Origin: Lama glama
Taxonomy: Eukaryota
Length of the DNA stretch: 64,000 nucleotides
NCBI GenBank assembly: GCA_028534125.1
Contig: CM052816.1
Location: 4,714,001-4,778,000, forward strand
Direction of reading: 5' to 3'
Below, one piece after another: positions 59,431 through 64,000 of this stretch. The position numbers and the translations under genes are program-made. The notes under the pieces were generated by a model that was not told the DNA's origin, made no database searches, and was given only the letters and a program-made list of their open reading frames with translations. Position 1 is the first letter of the stretch; each line of letters starts with the position of its first letter.

Positions 59431-61972
59431 AAGAACTGAGCAAAAGTGAAACCTACATGCCTGAAATGATAGGAAGTCTGAATGATGATGAATTCTGTTT
59501 AAACAGCACTCCCCTACAACCACTGGGGAATAACCTGGTGACGGTGGTGAACAGAAGGTGGGAAGAGAGGCAGGGAGCCACTTGGGGCTGGGTCAGGAAA
59601 ACTGGGCACAAATGAATTAGCACATTCACGGCAACTCATTCGGTTCAGCTTACTTCCCTTCCAATGTATAAATAGACCCACTACACAGTGAGGGTTTTTT
59701 TCAGACCACTTTCACTTATAATGATTTCTCATGTGCGCTTGGCAAAAAGACCAGAGAGGCCAAGGATGCTTGAGCATTTTTACAACAAGAAAAGACACTG
59801 TGAAGGGACACAGTGTATTGCTCATTAAAGGAAAATCCTCTCCCTGTGTCACAGCAAAACATATGTCAGCCAGGAATATTATGAAGCCAAATTTGTCCCC
59901 ATTTAAGTAAAAGGATGAAACTTTCAAAAGACTACAGTGCTATCATTTTGGAATTAAAGCCTGTCAAGGGAAAAAGGAAACTATCTTAGCTACGTAATCT
60001 GTCTGAGAGTCAAGGTCAGAAGCGAGCGGTCCTTCTTATTTTATTCATTTTTCCACAGGTGCGAAAAGATGACATCTAGCAGATGGAAGCCTTTTAGCAT
60101 AAAATAAGCTCATGCGGCTGCATTTACTTGCAACAACAAGAAATATATGGCTACAGGCGGCCATCTGTTTTTTAATTTTAAGGTAGAGGGCAAAGAAAGT
60201 TTTCCAACTTTAGTTTTTGGATTTTACTGAATAATCATTATTTTCAAGCACAGACATCATGGATAACTCCCGCACTACACTGTTTGTCATCTGAGGTCTC
60301 ATATATTGTATGAGGGGTTTTGTCAAAATGATAAAACCAGGTGTCAGCATACATAACTCAATAGCCCTTAAAAAAAAAATGACTACATTTGCCAGTGAGA
60401 GCTGAGCTCAATTTGCATTCATGCCTTTGCCTTCTTTACTCTGAGCGATACGTTCACACCAAAATGGAGCAGTTTCTGGGATTATGGGAGACGAAAAGCT
60501 GATGGAATTTATTGTCGTTATCTGAGACTTCCAAATCACTTTCAAAGTGATTAAGAATAGAGCGTTAGGACCTGACTCCAAAGAGAGACGTGCATCTTGT
60601 GATTAATTGAAAGCTTTTATGTCGAGACCCTGCAGAAATCGAGACCCTGATCTTTCCACATGGCTCCTGAGGAGCTGTGCAGATGGTGCCTGGCACCTGT
60701 TGGGGTGAGAGGAACGCACGGGAAGGATGCAGAACTGGAGCAGATGGTCATAGTGACAAAGTGCTGACCAAAGAGATAAGATGCGACTGTACTCAGAAGG
60801 CAAGACCTTGAGCCAAGCCTCATCTGGTAGGTCCCACTCCTGATTTCTTCTCGAATTCATCATGGCACACCGAGAAGCTCCAAGTACCTTCAGCCAATCA
60901 TGTCCTCAATGAGACATTTACATGGGGAAGACCTGGTACAGCAAAACCAAGAAACAAAAATGCTATCAAAATATCCATGCCATGAGCCCTAGGGGTATGG
61001 AACAATATTCAAAAGATTACAATTCAGCCAGTTAGAACTTGTCTAGGACTTTACAAATACCAACTTTAGAAGTCAAGTTATACAGAAGTCTTGGAAAACC
61101 CTCCTGAAGACTGAGAGCAGCGGTTCCCAAGATAGACTCTCAGTTTTCTCTTCTCCCCAGCAGAAAATGTCAAGAAGGAGACAATATCCCCACAGCCTTT
61201 GCAATCATCAGTCTCTTCTTAGTGGTGTCACTGCAAGGGAATGGATGTGGTACATGGGCAATAACTAAAAGAGCTTTGTTTCAGTTCTCTGATGGAGGTC
61301 TGCCAATCAACCAGCTAACATGAAGACACCAAACTACCTAGATAGAAGCATTCTTCCTCCGGAACCAAGTTAACAGACATGAAAGACAAAATGTCCTACT
61401 TTCTTGTGGTATAGTTCACCCCTGGTTGCTACAAGATGGACACATCCTAAAATACCTTCATCTCTTTAGACACATACTGGGACAAAGCATTTAAACGAAC
61501 TGTGTCCTGGAAACTAAAGATCTGAACTTACTACTGACTCAGGGGAAAGTCATGACAGGTTTCTGCAACTAAAGAAGTACCACCCGCCCTGCAGCAGAAC
61601 TAGTGGGAGGTTCACCACGTCCCCCGCTAACCTGTGCCCCTGCAGGCCCACTCTGCTGACACTAGCTGTCTTCTTATGTTGGGCCAAAGAGCTGCCTTCC
61701 ATAACTTCAGAAAAGCAAGGCCTGACTTGCTATAAAGTAACGTGGGAGCTCCACAAATCAGTATTTTTCACAAGTCTATCCTCTGCACTAGTGTTTATAA
61801 CATGATTATGTCTACACTGAACTTGCACTGGCCTTTAACACCACTTCATGGGAAGCAACAATGGGCCACTACTTCTTAAAAGCAAATTGATCTGTCTGGG
61901 GGGCAGGAGTGGAATTTTATTGATTCTTAGTATTTGGGGGTAATCTGAGAACCAATATTTTGAGGTCTGTAA

Positions 61973-62291
61973 CAATGCTGTTCTCTACAGTAGCAACTAG
62001 CTACAGGTAGCTGTTTTCATTTAAATTGACTGCAATTAATTAAGTTTTTTTATGTTTATTTGTTTTTTAATGGAGGTACTGGGTATTGAAACCAGGACCT
62101 CATGCATGCTAAGCACACACCCTACCAATTGAGCTATACGCTCCCCCTAATTAAGATTTTTAATTCAGCTCCTTATTCACTATTATATTGCTGTATCTCA
62201 GGTCCTGAAGTGCAATGGATAGTGGCTACCATGTTAGACAGTGTAGCATAGAACATGTCCATCATTTCAAAACTTCTTTTAGACACAGCTG
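61973..62291 (-). mobile_element. MER3 hAT-Charlie MITE split by a SINE
   Basis: GTAGCAACTAGCTACA...TAGTGGCTACC...ATAGAACATGTCCATCAT...CAGCTG. Confidence 0.8.
62045..62147 (-). mobile_element. Camelid tRNA-Ala-derived SINE, short form
   Basis: T-rich tail, then TGGAGGTACTGGG...CCAGGACCTCATGCATGCTAAG...GAGCTATAC...CCCC. TSD TAATTAAG at 62037-62044 and 62148-62155. Confidence 0.92.
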
Positions 62292-62599
62292 CTCTAGAAG
62301 CTTAATTTAGAAAAAATCTTCCAAGACTCTCCAGTTCTACTTGCCATTTAGGACTTCCTATATAAAATCCTTAACAGAGTCTAAGAAGAAACTTGAAGAC
62401 GTGTAAGCCAAGATGTTTAAGGCCTTTCGGAGAGCAGTTTATCAAAGTGGTTCAGACCCCAGGTTTGAGCATTCGAGCTTCATTCAAAACCTAGTTTTTC
62501 TACCTGCTGGCTGTGTGATACTAGCTTGTCACCTCATCTCTAAGTCTTGGTTTCTTCACTGTCCACGGCATGTCCACAGCCTCTCCCTACTTCCTTCTT

Positions 62600-62910
62600 T
62601 CATAGTAACAGAACCCATTATATTTCAGTGAACACAGATCCTCTGATCTCATAAGGGTAGATCCCACTCCAGATCTAGGAGATGCAGTTCTGTATAATGG
62701 GATGTTAGGGGAACTCTGCTGCACAGGACTTCCCTGCCCAGATAAAAACAGCACCTTGTGAAGAGCAGAACTTAGACAGTCCATCTCCTTCTTGCCTGCT
62801 ATGCTATGGATATAATACCCGAAGCTAGTTTATGTGAGCAAAATAAACCCCTATATTCAAGCTTCCCTGAGTTTTCTTTACTGTTACCGATACCCAAAAG
62901 CACTCCAAGT
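62600..62910 (+). mobile_element. Old MaLR LTR fragment
   Basis: TTATGTGAGCAAAATAAACCCCTAT...AAGC...TCTTTACTGTTAC...CCAAAAGCACTCC. Confidence 0.5.
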
Positions 62911-62941
62911 ATTTGGTCTTCTCTAAGTTTGGCTGTTTTAA

Positions 62942-63090
62942 TTCACTCCTAGGTATATATCCAAAGAAAATGAAAACACTGATTCAAAAAGATACATGGA
63001 CCCCAATGTTCACAGCAGCCTTATTTTCAATAGCCAAGATAGGAAAGAAACATAAATGACCATCAAAAAGATGAATGGATAAAGAAGATG

Positions 63091-63121
<31 letters not shown>

Positions 63122-63585
63122 TGGAATACTCCTCAATACTCCTCAGCTGTAAAAAAAGAATGAAATTCCGCTATTTGCAACAACATGGATGGATCTGGAA
63201 GGTATTATGCTTAGTGAAATAAGTCAGACAAAGCTAAATACTGTACGTTATCACTGACATGTGGAATCTAAAAAATAAAACAAATAAATGAATATAACAA
63301 AACAGAAACAGATTCACAGATACAGAGAACAAACTAGTGGTTACCAGTGGAGAAAGAGAAGGCGAGAGGGGCAAGCCAGAGGTATGAGACTAAGAGGCAC
63401 AAACTACTATGTACAAAATAAATAAGCTACAAGGATATATTGTACAGCACCGAGAATATAATCAATGTTTTATAGTAATATTAAGTGGAGTAGAATCTAC
63501 AGAAATATTTAATCACTGTGTTGAATCACTGAAACTCATATAATACTGCAAATCAATTGTAAGTCAAGTGAAAAAAAAACAACAG
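62942..63585 (+). mobile_element. L1 (L1MA-type), 5'-truncated, with internal (CA)n
   Basis: CTCCTAGGTATATATCCAAAG...CAACATGGATGGATCTGGAAGG...poly-A. 13-bp TSD TTGGCTGTTTTAA at 62929-62941 and 63586-63598. (CA)n at about 63093-63121. Confidence 0.93.
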
Positions 63586-63598
63586 TTGGCTGTTTTAA

Positions 63599-64000
63599 CC
63601 AAAGACCTCAAACAATGAAAGTTTTAAAGACAGAAGTTTATTTCTATCTCAGGTAAAAGAGAGCTGAAGTCAGTCAATCAAGAGAAGGTATAGCTCTATG
63701 GTCATCAGTGCCTCTTGCTTCTTCTCTTTCTGCTTCATCATCCTAACATTTGGCTTGCATCCTCAAACTCATCTCATGTTCCTAGATGGCTGCTGGAGTG
63801 CCGGCCATTACAAAGGCAATTCAGGGAGCAAGAAGGAGGAAAAGGGAAGGACAATTGGGCGCTTCTTCCATATGAATGAGCTCTATTTAAGAAGCCAGTC
63901 TTAAAAGTTTTTCACAGCTCTCTCACTTACAGCTCATCTGTCAGAACAGTCACATGACACTCCTGGAAGCAAAGCAACCTGGGAGTGTAGTCTTTCAGCT
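63599..64000 (-). mobile_element. MaLR LTR (MLT1J/K/L-like), host of the L1 above
   Basis: AGAAGTTTATTTCT...AGATGGCTGCTGGAG...CAGAACAGTCACATG...CTGGGAGTGTAGTCTTT. Confidence 0.75.

Noticed and set aside
1..64000. Prokaryote-type systems (operons, CRISPR, defence islands) or a named host gene
   Set aside because: The sequence is mammalian and repeat-rich with no gene-dense coding. No exon could be matched to a known gene, so no symbol is given.

Overview
This is mammalian non-coding DNA, intronic or intergenic. I recognise no protein-coding exon, rRNA, true tRNA gene or CRISPR array. Four copies of a tRNA-Ala(AGC)-derived SINE of the camelid Vic-1 type, cetartiodactyl-type L1 3' ends and MER41-like LTRs are present. 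I saw no Alu, B1/B2, Bov-A/BovB, PRE-1 or Can-SINE, so the source is probably a camelid (inference). Roughly half the window is interspersed repeats: MIR, L2, L3, L1, MaLR/ERVL/ERV1 solo LTRs, and hAT and Tigger MITEs. Several are nested and have readable target-site duplications (TSDs). Family names come from remembered consensus similarity, not a database search. The listed ORFs are TE-derived or look like chance. The best leads are: (1) a 465-bp CpG-containing foreign segment flanked by AGCTCAG direct repeats inside an MLT2 LTR; (2) three perfect STAT5-type GAS sites within 108 bp of unique DNA; (3) a set of strong minus-strand exon signatures, including a 12-nt microexon candidate; (4) an ETS-IRF/ISRE composite, a CTCF site in an LTR41-like element, and a CpG-rich promoter-like motif cluster; (5) faint relics of ancient RTE-X/L4-like LINEs. 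I found no convincing new biological system. All leads are hypotheses needing alignment or expression data.
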